Shown piece by piece: positions 9,802 to 18,912 of a stretch of 64,000 nt of DNA. The notes below the pieces were generated by a model. The model did no database searches. It had not been told where the DNA came from and worked only from the letters and a program-made list of their open reading frames with translations. The position numbers and the translations under genes are program-made. How positions within the stretch are numbered: the stretch's first letter is position 1; each line of letters opens with the position of its first letter. This stretch comes from Verrucomicrobiia bacterium (GTDB taxonomy: Bacteria; Verrucomicrobiota; Verrucomicrobiia; Limisphaerales; UBA1319). Location of the stretch: contig OY760937.1 in assembly GCA_963664225.1 (NCBI GenBank), forward strand, positions 2,688,001 through 2,752,000, read 5' to 3'.

Positions 9802-12087
9802 TCATGGAGTAGTACCCGGTGCTTCACCGGCAATTAATATTCCACTGTCGTAAATGGCGAATCGCGGCAGGAGCGTGGCCCTCTCTCCCAGCGCCTCAGC
9901 GGACCAGTCATTCGCCGCGCTCCAGCCAGGCGCGGTGAGTCGCAGCTTCACAGTCCGGCTGGCCAGCTTCAGGCTGCCGGGATAGATTGCATCCCCGAGG
10001 AACGCTACTTCGACATAGGCCGTCTTGCCCGCCAGCAGCCTGGCTTCGCTGATCTTGGCTTGGTCAGCGCCGGTCAACGCAGTTTGAACCTGATCCGGTT
10101 GGGCGTTGCCATCGAGCGTGAAGAAGTAGCGAAAGCTGAGATTCCTGCTGTCGCGCGCCGGCCAGCGGCTGCGGTTCCACAGGGTTGCTTCGATCTCTGT
10201 CGCATCGGCGGCATTCCCGATCCGCTTCGCCACCACAAAGAACTCACGATCCGTGGACAAAAAGTCGAGCGAAAGGTCGCGCGTGGCTTTGGGCGGAAAC
10301 TCGCGGTCAGGAAGCACCGAACCGGCGCTCAGCCCTTGAGCGCAGAGCCAGGCGAGGCTCGCGGTGATGCCGGCGTTGTAGTCCAGCGCCACCTCGTTGA
10401 ACTGCGAATCCATAACGTCCTGAAACGGTTGATCAGCGTCATTCCACTGATAATCCTGCTTGCGCACCGGTTCGGCGCGGTTGGCGAATTGGTAGAAGAA
10501 ATCGTAATCCTTGGTGCCGGGCACAGGCAGCCAGCGCAGATGCTCCTTGCCGCACAGGAACACGTCGTTGTGATCCGGCCCGGCCACGAGTGCCCCGTAG
10601 AGGATGTGCCGTGATGTGTTACGGTCGTCGGCCTTGCCTTTGATGAAGTGTTCAAAGCCCGCCCACGCACCATAGGCGCCGCGGTGGTGGACGTTGTTGA
10701 AAGGCGCGTTGCCGAATCCCACGAGATAACTGCGTCCGTAGGGATTCGCGCCCAGCGCGTAGTCCACCGGACGCCGGGCCTCGAGCGTGAACAACTCTTT
10801 CAACTGCGCGTTGGACCTGTCACCCTTCCACCAGGTATTTCCCTGAAGCGGCGGCGACTTTTCGACGTGTTCGCTGTAGTAGAGCGCGATGACGGCGGCG
10901 TTGTTCGCGTGACGCAGGCTGCCGTATTCGTGCGCGAACCGCTCGCGCATCCGCAGTCCGCCTGGCGTCGCACCATACTTGGTGAAGGAAACACAGTAGA
11001 ACTGCAGTTCGTTATGGAACTTTTCCTCCCCCGGCGCCAGCCGCATCATGTTATACGCGCCCACCTTGCCAAAGCCACCCGCCCCGTAGTCCTTCCACCA
11101 ATCATGGTTATTCTCGGCCTTGTATTCCTTCTCATAAACCTCGTTGGCGAAATCGAACCACTTCGTCCCAAACTGCGGATTCTTCGCCAGATGCGCCCTC
11201 TGCAGGAACGTCGCCGCCGTGAACACCTTGTCGAATGGGTCCGAGCGGTAGCCGATCTCCACCACCTTGCCGTCGGCGCGCAAGGCCTCCCGCCGCTGTT
11301 TGCGGATCGCCTCCTGCTCCGCCTTCGGCAGTTTGTCGGTAACGACTGGCCCCGAGTTGGCGCGCGCAAAAAGTAAGAGCTTCTCCGCGCGGTCCAGCAG
11401 CAAGTCCGCAAATGCCGCACCGTTGAAGTCATCGTAACCCTGCTTCCCCTTCAGAGCGGTCGCATGCTCGCGGATGACCATGGATGACGCCGCCATGGCC
11501 GCGGCCATTGCCCCGGGGATGTCCCCGCCCCGCACCTGCTTGTTCAGGCGGAAGGTGGGGCGCTTGGTCATCAAGTGCGCGACCTCCGCCGGCGCCCACA
11601 TCGCATGAACATTGGGACTATCCACTCCTTCGCGCCCCCCGCAGCCAATGGCGACTTCCAGTTCGGTTGCCGGATCTTTGCTGTCCGGGTTGAGGACGCA
11701 CTTAAGGAAGTAGCGATTCACATGGATGAGGCTTTCCAGGAGTTCATCCATTTGCCCGGTCTTGAGCCAGCCATCGGGCTGTTCCATGGCCGACCAAGCC
11801 AGCGTCATCGCGGCAAAGCTCATCGTCAGGTTCGCGGTCCAGTGGTCTCCCGCGTCAAACCATCCGCCGCTCAAATCGCGCCCGATGTCCTGCCCGTCGG
11901 TGAGGCACGCCGGGCCGCGCCACACGACGCGGTTGTTGGGGGAAGGTGTGCCGGCCTGCTGGGCTTCGTAGAAATAGAGGCTTTTCTGAAGCGCCTCGGC
12001 GTAGTTGAAGCCACTTTCCGCTGAAGTGCCCGAGGACGCCAAAGCCAGAATCGCCGCAATTGAGCTGATGAGGAAAAGTCTTTTCAT
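9802..12087 (-). CDS. Glycoside hydrolase family 9 with C-terminal CBM3-like module
   Basis: Signal peptide MKRLFLISS; NYAEALQKSLYFYEAQ, DLSGGWFDAGD, HHRGA and NEVALDYNAG; CBM3-like NLSFRYFF. Confidence 0.88.
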   Translation of the reverse strand: MKRLFLISSIAAILALASSGTSAESGFNYAEALQKSLYFYEAQQAGTPSPNNRVVWRGPACLTDGQDIGRDLSGGWFDAGDHWTANLTMSFAAMTLAWSAMEQPDGWLKTGQMDELLESLIHVNRYFLKCVLNPDSKDPATELEVAIGCGGREGVDSPNVHAMWAPAEVAHLMTKRPTFRLNKQVRGGDIPGAMAAAMAASSMVIREHATALKGKQGYDDFNGAAFADLLLDRAEKLLLFARANSGPVVTDKLPKAEQEAIRKQRREALRADGKVVEIGYRSDPFDKVFTAATFLQRAHLAKNPQFGTKWFDFANEVYEKEYKAENNHDWWKDYGAGGFGKVGAYNMMRLAPGEEKFHNELQFYCVSFTKYGATPGGLRMRERFAHEYGSLRHANNAAVIALYYSEHVEKSPPLQGNTWWKGDRSNAQLKELFTLEARRPVDYALGANPYGRSYLVGFGNAPFNNVHHRGAYGAWAGFEHFIKGKADDRNTSRHILYGALVAGPDHNDVFLCGKEHLRWLPVPGTKDYDFFYQFANRAEPVRKQDYQWNDADQPFQDVMDSQFNEVALDYNAGITASLAWLCAQGLSAGSVLPDREFPPKATRDLSLDFLSTDREFFVVAKRIGNAADATEIEATLWNRSRWPARDSRNLSFRYFFTLDGNAQPDQVQTALTGADQAKISEARLLAGKTAYVEVAFLGDAIYPGSLKLASRTVKLRLTAPGWSAANDWSAEALGERATLLPRFAIYDSGILIAGEAPGTTP

Positions 12088-12098
12088 GCGCTGCCGTT

Positions 12099-13256
12099 CT
12101 ATCTCGATTTGCCGAGGGGGAACACGATATTCCACGTGCGCGTGGCATCCTTCAGGTCCAGGCCGGGACCTTCCGCAGTGGCGCAGAAAAGGTGCGTCGG
12201 GACGCCATTCTCGATGAGGAGCTGCGGGCGTTCGAGAAATCCCTGCCGTGTGGTGCGGCCATCGCTCCAGCGGACCTGCCGAGTGTAAGCGAGCGTGGCG
12301 TGGTCGAAATCCCACTGGAGACCGTCCGCGCTCGTAACGTGTACTCCGGCAAATTTTTCACCGCAAATCTCCCCCGTCATATCCTTCATCAATGCCTGCA
12401 CGCGGCCGTCCTCATGCCAGAGGAACGGATCTTCGACGTGCGCAGGCTGGCCGCGGAAGAGCCAGGGCGTGGGTTGACGCTTCCACGGGCCGGTATAATG
12501 TGGCGCGTGTGCGACGCCGACCTGAAGGTTGCCAAGGTTCTCCTTGCGCGACTTGTAAGCGAGCAGGAACGAGCCGTCGGGCAGGGGACAAAGGGAGGGA
12601 TTGGTGGTGGCGATGGTATCCCACTCGCCCGGACGCGGTTCGAGGAGCGGGGTGTCGAGCCGTTTCCAGGGGCCGCGCACGCTCTTACTCGTGGCCAGGC
12701 CGATGCGTTTGCGTGCCCAGGTGGCGAGGTAACGCGGCGAGCGCCACACTTCGGGAGCCTGCGACGTCGGCGTGGGGCCGTCGTAGTTGGCGCCCATGTA
12801 GAGCAACAGAAACGTATCGCCCACCTTGCGGATATGGGGATTATGCGTGCTGCGGGCATCGAAGAAATCACCACCGCGCGGGGGTAACGCGATCTCGGCG
12901 AAGCGATAAGGGCCAGCGGGCGTGTCGGACTGGGCCCGCACAATCTCCGACATGAAGAGCCAATGCGGATGAAAGGGCACGGACTTCGGCACGCGCGACG
13001 CGAAGAGGTGGTATTTGCCATCCTCGCCGCGGATGGGCGCGCCGCACCAGACCCAATAATCAGGCAACTCGAATCCGCCGCCCACAACCGCAGGCTCAAG
13101 GCGCGAGAGGAAGGTCCGGGGTGCGGCCGGGGTGTCGCGCGGGACGCCCGAACTGGCGGCCCAGGCGCCCGATTGAAAAATCAGCGGAGCGGTCACGGTG
13201 GCCGCGCTGCAATGCGTGAGAAAGGCGCGCCGGTTCATGGTGTCAGTAAAGGTCAT
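12099..13256 (-). CDS. Tat-exported beta-propeller glycoside hydrolase (GH43-like)
   Basis: NRRAFL Tat motif; YHLFASR, HNPHIRK, EDPFLW and LERPQL propeller motifs. Confidence 0.75.
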   Translation of the reverse strand: MTFTDTMNRRAFLTHCSAATVTAPLIFQSGAWAASSGVPRDTPAAPRTFLSRLEPAVVGGGFELPDYWVWCGAPIRGEDGKYHLFASRVPKSVPFHPHWLFMSEIVRAQSDTPAGPYRFAEIALPPRGGDFFDARSTHNPHIRKVGDTFLLLYMGANYDGPTPTSQAPEVWRSPRYLATWARKRIGLATSKSVRGPWKRLDTPLLEPRPGEWDTIATTNPSLCPLPDGSFLLAYKSRKENLGNLQVGVAHAPHYTGPWKRQPTPWLFRGQPAHVEDPFLWHEDGRVQALMKDMTGEICGEKFAGVHVTSADGLQWDFDHATLAYTRQVRWSDGRTTRQGFLERPQLLIENGVPTHLFCATAEGPGLDLKDATRTWNIVFPLGKSR

Positions 13257-13699
13257 GGTTTGAACTCCCGGATTCGCAGGTTCTTGAACTGCACCTTCAT
13301 CGGCGGGCCAGTGTGCACCTGGACGGCAAGCAGGCCTGAGAGGGCGCGCCTTGGGTCGTTGTCGCGCACTTCGCTCATCACAACATCGTTGATACGAAGA
13401 ACGACCAAATTATTACGCACGATGACATGGTATTCATTCCAGTCGTTATCCCGGACATCCTTAATCAGTTGCTTCGGGTCACCCACGGTGCCGGCATCTT
13501 TGCACTCCCCTTTTTCAGTGTAGAGGACTTTGCGGCCGCGTTCAGCCAGCTTTTCGCGCAGGAGGTATTCCATCACCACGCCCGTCCACACGTGGTCAGC
13601 GGACATGTCCGCCTGCACTCCGACAAGTGCCTCCGCCTTGCTGCCGGGCGCGCGTTCCTTGCTGTGAAAATAGATGCCGGAGTTCCCTTGTATCTGATT

Positions 13700-13920
13700 T
13701 TCCATCTATTCTTGTTTTGTTTGAAAAGACGGAATAGATGGAACTGTCCTGCCGCCTGCAGGCGGCAGGACAGTGGCGCGAACGAGCTCGCCATTCCCTG
13801 GCATTGGTTTACAGCCAAATGCGTCGGGAGCCAGAGCCGTTCGTGTCTGTGTCCTAAACTCGAACCGTTGCTTGAGCGGCCTACCAAGTCCTGCTCGTAT
13901 TTACAAGAAAGAGCCAGAAC
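13700..13920 (+). ncRNA. IS110 bridge RNA (predicted; ends approximate)
   Basis: Donor guides ACCGTTGCT (13864-72) and TACAAG (13902-07) match the reconstituted circle junction. Target guides ccaTTCCCT (13791-99) and GGGAG (13826-30) match the insertion site. Each guide pair flanks an internal hairpin. Confidence 0.85.
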
Positions 13921-13923
13921 ACT

Positions 13924-14850
13924 ATGACCACTATCTACGCTGGCTTGGATATTGCCAAGCTGAGTCTTGATCTCCACCTGGCCGGTCGTTCCCACGATCT
14001 GCCCAATACCGCCGCCGGTCATCGCCAGCTCGTCGGACTCCTGGCGCAGCATCCGGGCGCTCACGTCATCTGTGAAGCCACGGGCGGCTATGAGCGTGAG
14101 GTGGCTGACGCCCTCCATCATGCCAGCATTCCTGTCAGCATCATCAATCCCGCCCGCGTCCGGCATTTCGCCCGCGCCCAGGGACAACGGGCCAAAACCG
14201 ACCGTATTGATGCCGCTGTCCTCTCCGCCTATGGGCAGGCCTTTGCCCCCAAACCCACGCCGGCGCGTTCCGAGGTGGAGGTGCAGTTGACCGAACTGGT
14301 TCGTCGCCGCAACCAGGTCCTTGAACTGCTCTTTGCCCAACGCAATCAGGCCGAACGCCTCACGCTGCCCAAGTTGCGCCGCCAGGCCCAGAGCTTGGTG
14401 CATCGTTTGGAGCGGGATGTGCAGGGAATCGAAACCCAACTCAAAGCGCTGCGCCAGAAAACCACAGAATTGGATGAGCGCGCAAAGAAACTCGAGGCTA
14501 TTACTGGGGTGGGCACAATTACCGCCTTGGCTGTTTTGGCTGAGCTGCCCGAGCTGGGCACGCTCAATCGGGGGCAGGCCGCCGCCTTGGCCGGACTGGC
14601 TCCACATCCCCGAGAAAGCGGGCAGTGGCAAGGCCGTCGCTCCATCGGTGGCGGAAGAGCCGCCGTTAGACGTGCCCTCTACATGGCTGCCATGGTCGCT
14701 GCGCGCTGCAATCGCCAACTCAAGGAGTTCTACAAACGACTCCGATCGGCGGGCAAGCCCGCCAAAGTCGCGTTCACCGCCGTCATGCGCAAACTCATTG
14801 TTCTGATGAACCAAATCCTCAAAAATCCACATTTTGAACTCTCAAATTAA
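13924..14850 (+). CDS. IS110 family transposase (DEDD RuvC + Tnp20 domain)
   Basis: GLDIAK, CEATGGY, KTDRIDA and GLAPHPRESG (catalytic Ser region); KPAKVAFTAVMRKL. Confidence 0.96.
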   Translation: MTTIYAGLDIAKLSLDLHLAGRSHDLPNTAAGHRQLVGLLAQHPGAHVICEATGGYEREVADALHHASIPVSIINPARVRHFARAQGQRAKTDRIDAAVLSAYGQAFAPKPTPARSEVEVQLTELVRRRNQVLELLFAQRNQAERLTLPKLRRQAQSLVHRLERDVQGIETQLKALRQKTTELDERAKKLEAITGVGTITALAVLAELPELGTLNRGQAAALAGLAPHPRESGQWQGRRSIGGGRAAVRRALYMAAMVAARCNRQLKEFYKRLRSAGKPAKVAFTAVMRKLIVLMNQILKNPHFELSN

Positions 14851-15969
14851 ATACCGTTGCTCCCTGCAGCTTATAGCAGCACTTGAGGTCAAACTCCGCT
14901 GGCTCTCCGTTGGTCCAGATAAGGAAGTTGTTCTCCGGGATGCCACCTTGTGGGGTAATGCCGGTGATGCAGCCACCCTGCACCGACCAATAGTTCGTGT
15001 CGCCACGCCAGCCACGGAGGTCCGTGCCATTGAATATGGGGACGAAACCCTTTTCCAAATCCGTCTTCGGCTGCGGCACCGGCTTTGTGTCTGCGGCCAA
15101 ATCGCCCAGTGCAAATTGCACCCCGTCCTGCAAAAGCCGAAGGAATGCAGGGTTGCTGAATGCACTCCTGTTGTGGCCGAGGGCTGAGTAAAAGCTGCGC
15201 CCATTTCCGCAACTTTGAATCCACGCCAGCGGATAGTCCTTGTCCGGGCGCTGGCCTTTATCCGCGGTCTCGCTCAGGTCGAGGCTGACCAGCACGCGCA
15301 CCTTTTCGCGGGCATACGGCGGCTCGAATTGAAACAGTTCATCCCGCCAGGGGAGTGGCAGCGCGCTCTTCCCGCCCCATGAGGCATTGAGCGGATGCGT
15401 TGGGTCTTCGACGCGAATGCTGGCGGGCTCCGACTCCCACGGGTGGTTGCGGAACCGCCCGCCGATGAGTTGGCGGAACTCCGCCTCCGTCGGATTGGCC
15501 GGGTCTTTTTCCCACACGCTCGCGCTGTGAATGCCGATAATTCCCTTGCCTCCGTGCACGAAATCAACGAGTGCCCGCATCCTGGCCTCCTCGGTCTCCG
15601 GCGGACCGAAGACGGTGAGCATGGTGTTGTTCATCACCACGGCATCAAATTCCCGCAACCGCACTGGCGTGAAGACGCTGGCATCGACGCTGGTGGTTGT
15701 CGTAAACGCGCCCGTCTTTTCCCCCATCAATTCCAAAGCGCGCGTGGCCCATGCGATGGCTTCGTCGTGGTAAGTCCCGCGAGTGAAGTTGTAGATGAGC
15801 AGGCGGTGCGCGTGGGCGGGCTTCGCCGTGGCATCGCCAGGGAGCTTCTGTCGCAAAAGTGCCACGTCCGCTTTAGTCAATTTTGGAAGTGCTCTTTCGG
15901 GATCAGCCCATAACGTGGATGGGGCAAGGCAGGTGGACAAATACAGCAGCAGCGTTGGAATCTTCATTG

Positions 15970-16671
15970 TCATGGTTTGGTAATTACAGAACGGCCAATG
16001 GAGGAGCCTGATTTTGAGCCACGTGAACGGTGCTGCTCCTTTTGCAGGAATTCGACGAGATGGTTCGAATGCGAAGCAAGAAAAGTCGAGGCGAGTTCTG
16101 AATTCCCACGGTCCAGCGCCTCCGCAATCGGCAGATGTTCGAGCGCAATCGCCACCGGGTCGGCGCTTTTCAGATAATCCATCGTAAACCGCGTGCGAAT
16201 TTGGAAGAACAGGGAGTCCCATATTTTCAACAGGACACTGTTGCCTGAAGCCTCGACAATGGCTCGATGGAAAGTCTGGTTATGTTCCTGAAAAGTCGCA
16301 AAATCCCCGCCCCGGGCTGCTTCCACGATGGATTCGGCTGCCTTTCGAAGCGTCTGGCAATGATGCTTTAATCGTAGCACCCCCTGTTTTGCGGCAAGCG
16401 CTTCAAGTGCCGCGCGCACTTGGAACGCCTCAATGGTTTCAGATGGGCTCGGATGTCGAACCGATGCGCCTTTGTTGTTCTGCGCTTCGAGGACGCCCAT
16501 GGCGACCAGTTCGCGAATGGCTTCACGAACCGGGGTGGCGCTGATGGCAAACTCCTTCACCAGCGTGATCTCCACCACACGTCGACCGGGCGGCAGATCG
16601 CCCCGGGCGATGCGGTCCAGCAGAGTGTCACGGATGAACTCGCGAAGCGACTTAAGGTGTGGCATGGGCAT
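15970..16671 (-). CDS. GntR/FadR-family (FCD) transcriptional regulator
   Basis: wHTH ISATPVREAIREL; FCD motifs FHRAIVEASGN and EHLPI; stop overlaps the next start (ATGA, 15970-73). Confidence 0.92.
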   Translation of the reverse strand: MPMPHLKSLREFIRDTLLDRIARGDLPPGRRVVEITLVKEFAISATPVREAIRELVAMGVLEAQNNKGASVRHPSPSETIEAFQVRAALEALAAKQGVLRLKHHCQTLRKAAESIVEAARGGDFATFQEHNQTFHRAIVEASGNSVLLKIWDSLFFQIRTRFTMDYLKSADPVAIALEHLPIAEALDRGNSELASTFLASHSNHLVEFLQKEQHRSRGSKSGSSIGRSVITKP

Positions 16672-16727
16672 AAGTCCTCAAACGAACGCCCTCACGTTGG
16701 TGCTTTCAGATGGAACAGGATTCATAA

Positions 16728-16755
16728 TTTAATGGATTATATATAATCCATTAAA
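16728..16755. promoter_or_regulatory. Perfect 28-bp palindrome, probable GntR operator
   Basis: TTTAATGGATTATA|TATAATCCATTAAA, 56 nt upstream of the gntR start. Confidence 0.65.
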
Positions 16756-17007
16756 AGACGAGGTCAATTCGAAAAATTGTCATCCTAAAATCCCCATCTG
16801 AACCGCATTCCGGCCAGCCACAGAGCATCCGTTTTGGTGAGGATTTTGGTTTGATGAATGAGATGCCATGGCTTTGTTCTTTGATCTGTTCCATGTTAAA
16901 TACTGCCGATTGTGTTTCTGTTTTGGCTTTTCGTTTGCCTGCCTCCCTTTGAACGGGAGTCCTTTCCAGATGCGCCCGCATCAAGGACTGGAATTTGGAG
17001 GGCAAAC

Positions 17008-18762
17008 TCATCCCGTTACCCCGGCCACGCTTAACTGCCCGTTGTCCAGGGTCAACATGCGGCTGGCCAGTTGCATGGTGGTGGCCCGGTGGGCGACGAT
17101 GAGTGTGGTACGTCCCTGCATGAGTCTCTGGAGGCTCGCATGAACCATCGCCTCGCTGGCGGCGTCCAGGGCGCTGGTCGGTTCGTCGAGCAGCAGTATC
17201 GGCGCGTCTTTGAGGAAGGCCCGGGCCAGGTTGATGCGTTGTTTCTCCCCGGTGCTCAACCGCGCCGCGCCTTCGCCCACCTTGGTCTCATAGCCTTGGG
17301 GCAGTTGACGAATAAAAGCGTCGGCAAACGCCGCACGCGCCGCGAATTCAATTTGTTCGGCGGTGGCCTCAGGCCGGGCGAACGCGATGTTCTCCGCAAC
17401 AGTTCCCGGGAGCAAAATGGGTTCCTGCATGACCAATGCAATGTGGCGGCGCATTTCCTTCAAGCGCAATTGCCGGGTGTCCACGCCTTCCAGCAGGACC
17501 GCGCCGCTGTCGGGATCGAAGAACCGGGGCAGCAGGTGGAGCAGGGTGGTTTTCCCCGCGCCACTCGGGCCGATGAACACCACGGATTCTCCCGGTTCGA
17601 TGCGAAAACTGATCCCGCGCAACACCGGCCGTCCGGGCTGGTAGGCGAAGGAGACGTTTTGAAACTCGATATGCCCGCGAATAATCACGGGATTTGATTT
17701 GGCGTCCGTGGTTGCTGGCGCGTCCTGCGTGGAAACCACGGGACGTGCATTCGGCGCTTCCTTCACTTCCTCGAGCGTGTCGAGCACTTCAAAGACCCTG
17801 CGCGCGCCCGCGCTGGCGTCGGCCAGGGTGCGGCCCACATTGGAGAGTTGGTTCAGGGGATCGTAGAACTGGCTCAGGTAGGCCAGGAAGACCCACAACC
17901 GGCCCACGGTCAGGTGCCCGGCCCAAACCTCGCGCGCGCCCATCCAGACCACTGCGGCCATGCCCACGGCGAACACTCCGGCCACCGCGGCGAGATAGGC
18001 CACTTCCGTTCCATGTTGCGCCAGGCGGCTGCGCAAGGCCTCCGCCACCTGTGTTGAAAAGCGCTTTTCCTCAAGCTCTTCCCGGGCGCAGCTTTGGGTC
18101 AAGGGCAGGGCAACGATGCTTTCCTGTACCAGCGAGGTCACCTTGCCATCGGCATCATGGGCCGCCAGGCTGCGCCGACTCATGCTCCCGCCCATCAGTT
18201 TGATGACGAGCAACAGCGGCGGAATGGCGCAGAGGGCCACCAAAGTGAGGGGCCGGTTCACGCTCCACATCACCGCGACCATCGGAATCAACAGGAGCAG
18301 GGCGGAAACGAGTGTGAAGAGACCCTGCTGAAACAGGGTGTGAATGGCATAGGTGTCCCAAGAGGCGCGGTAAATGATATCGCCCTGGCTGGAGCCCTGG
18401 TGGTAACGCAGCGAAAGGCGCAGCAGCCAGTGAAAGAGCTGGTTGCGAATGCGGGACAACCCGCGCAATCCCACGGAGATCAGGCTGTAGGTGTGCGCGG
18501 AAAACAGCAGGGCCTGGACGATATGAATGACGAGCAGGGCGCCGACCAGTTGGAGCAGCAGTGGCGCGCGCGCGGTGCTGGAGGTCCACGGCTGCAACCA
18601 CGCGGGCATGGATTGTCCCCCGAGGAGGCTGTCGATCAACAAGGCCAGGGGCCAGGGCTTGAGGATGTTCAGGGCCGTGCTCAGCACAAGGAGCCCCATC
18701 GCCAGGCTGATGCGCCCGGCGTCGCCCTTGTAGCACGAGAGAACACGGAGGATGATTTTCAT
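17008..18762 (-). CDS. ABC exporter, fused permease/ATP-binding protein
   Basis: TM domain, GPSGAGKT, LSTGEKQR and LLLDEPTSALD motifs. Confidence 0.92.
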   Translation of the reverse strand: MKIILRVLSCYKGDAGRISLAMGLLVLSTALNILKPWPLALLIDSLLGGQSMPAWLQPWTSSTARAPLLLQLVGALLVIHIVQALLFSAHTYSLISVGLRGLSRIRNQLFHWLLRLSLRYHQGSSQGDIIYRASWDTYAIHTLFQQGLFTLVSALLLLIPMVAVMWSVNRPLTLVALCAIPPLLLVIKLMGGSMSRRSLAAHDADGKVTSLVQESIVALPLTQSCAREELEEKRFSTQVAEALRSRLAQHGTEVAYLAAVAGVFAVGMAAVVWMGAREVWAGHLTVGRLWVFLAYLSQFYDPLNQLSNVGRTLADASAGARRVFEVLDTLEEVKEAPNARPVVSTQDAPATTDAKSNPVIIRGHIEFQNVSFAYQPGRPVLRGISFRIEPGESVVFIGPSGAGKTTLLHLLPRFFDPDSGAVLLEGVDTRQLRLKEMRRHIALVMQEPILLPGTVAENIAFARPEATAEQIEFAARAAFADAFIRQLPQGYETKVGEGAARLSTGEKQRINLARAFLKDAPILLLDEPTSALDAASEAMVHASLQRLMQGRTTLIVAHRATTMQLASRMLTLDNGQLSVAGVTG

Positions 18763-18912
18763 TCCGGACCAATTACGAACAACAAATACTCCCGAGGTGA
18801 ACTTCCCGACCAAAACCCCTGATGCCTTTTGACCGCGCCACGATTGATTGCGTGAACGCGGGCGTTGCCGGGAGAAAGGGGCGGACGCATCCACCCCTTT
18901 CACCGGCTTGAA

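Larger units (their letters stand above)
13687..14861 (+). mobile_element. IS110-family insertion sequence (IS110/IS621-like group), complete
   Basis: CT core repeated at 13687-88 and 14860-61, no long terminal inverted repeats, 235-nt 5' non-coding end, very short 3' end, DEDD transposase. Confidence 0.95.
13253..15973 (-). pseudogene. ThuA-like + DUF1080 (3-keto-glycoside hydratase-like) secreted protein interrupted by IS110
   Basis: 5' part (15973 to about 14862) has a signal peptide, a ThuA domain (GIHSA, FYSALGH) and the start of DUF1080 (FNGTDLRGW). 3' part (about 13686-13253) has NSGIY, WNEYHV and LQ/VQ-H motifs. Removing the IS restores the in-frame sequence KLQGGNSGIY. Confidence 0.9.

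Noticed and set aside
13573..14832. 419-aa minus-strand ORF across the IS
   Set aside because: Antisense shadow of the IS110 transposase.
14819..16222. 467-aa ORF as an intact gene
   Set aside because: The N-terminal extension overlaps gntR (real start 15973) and the last residues (ATVFNLRVQNVDF) are IS-derived; it is the 5' half of an interrupted gene.
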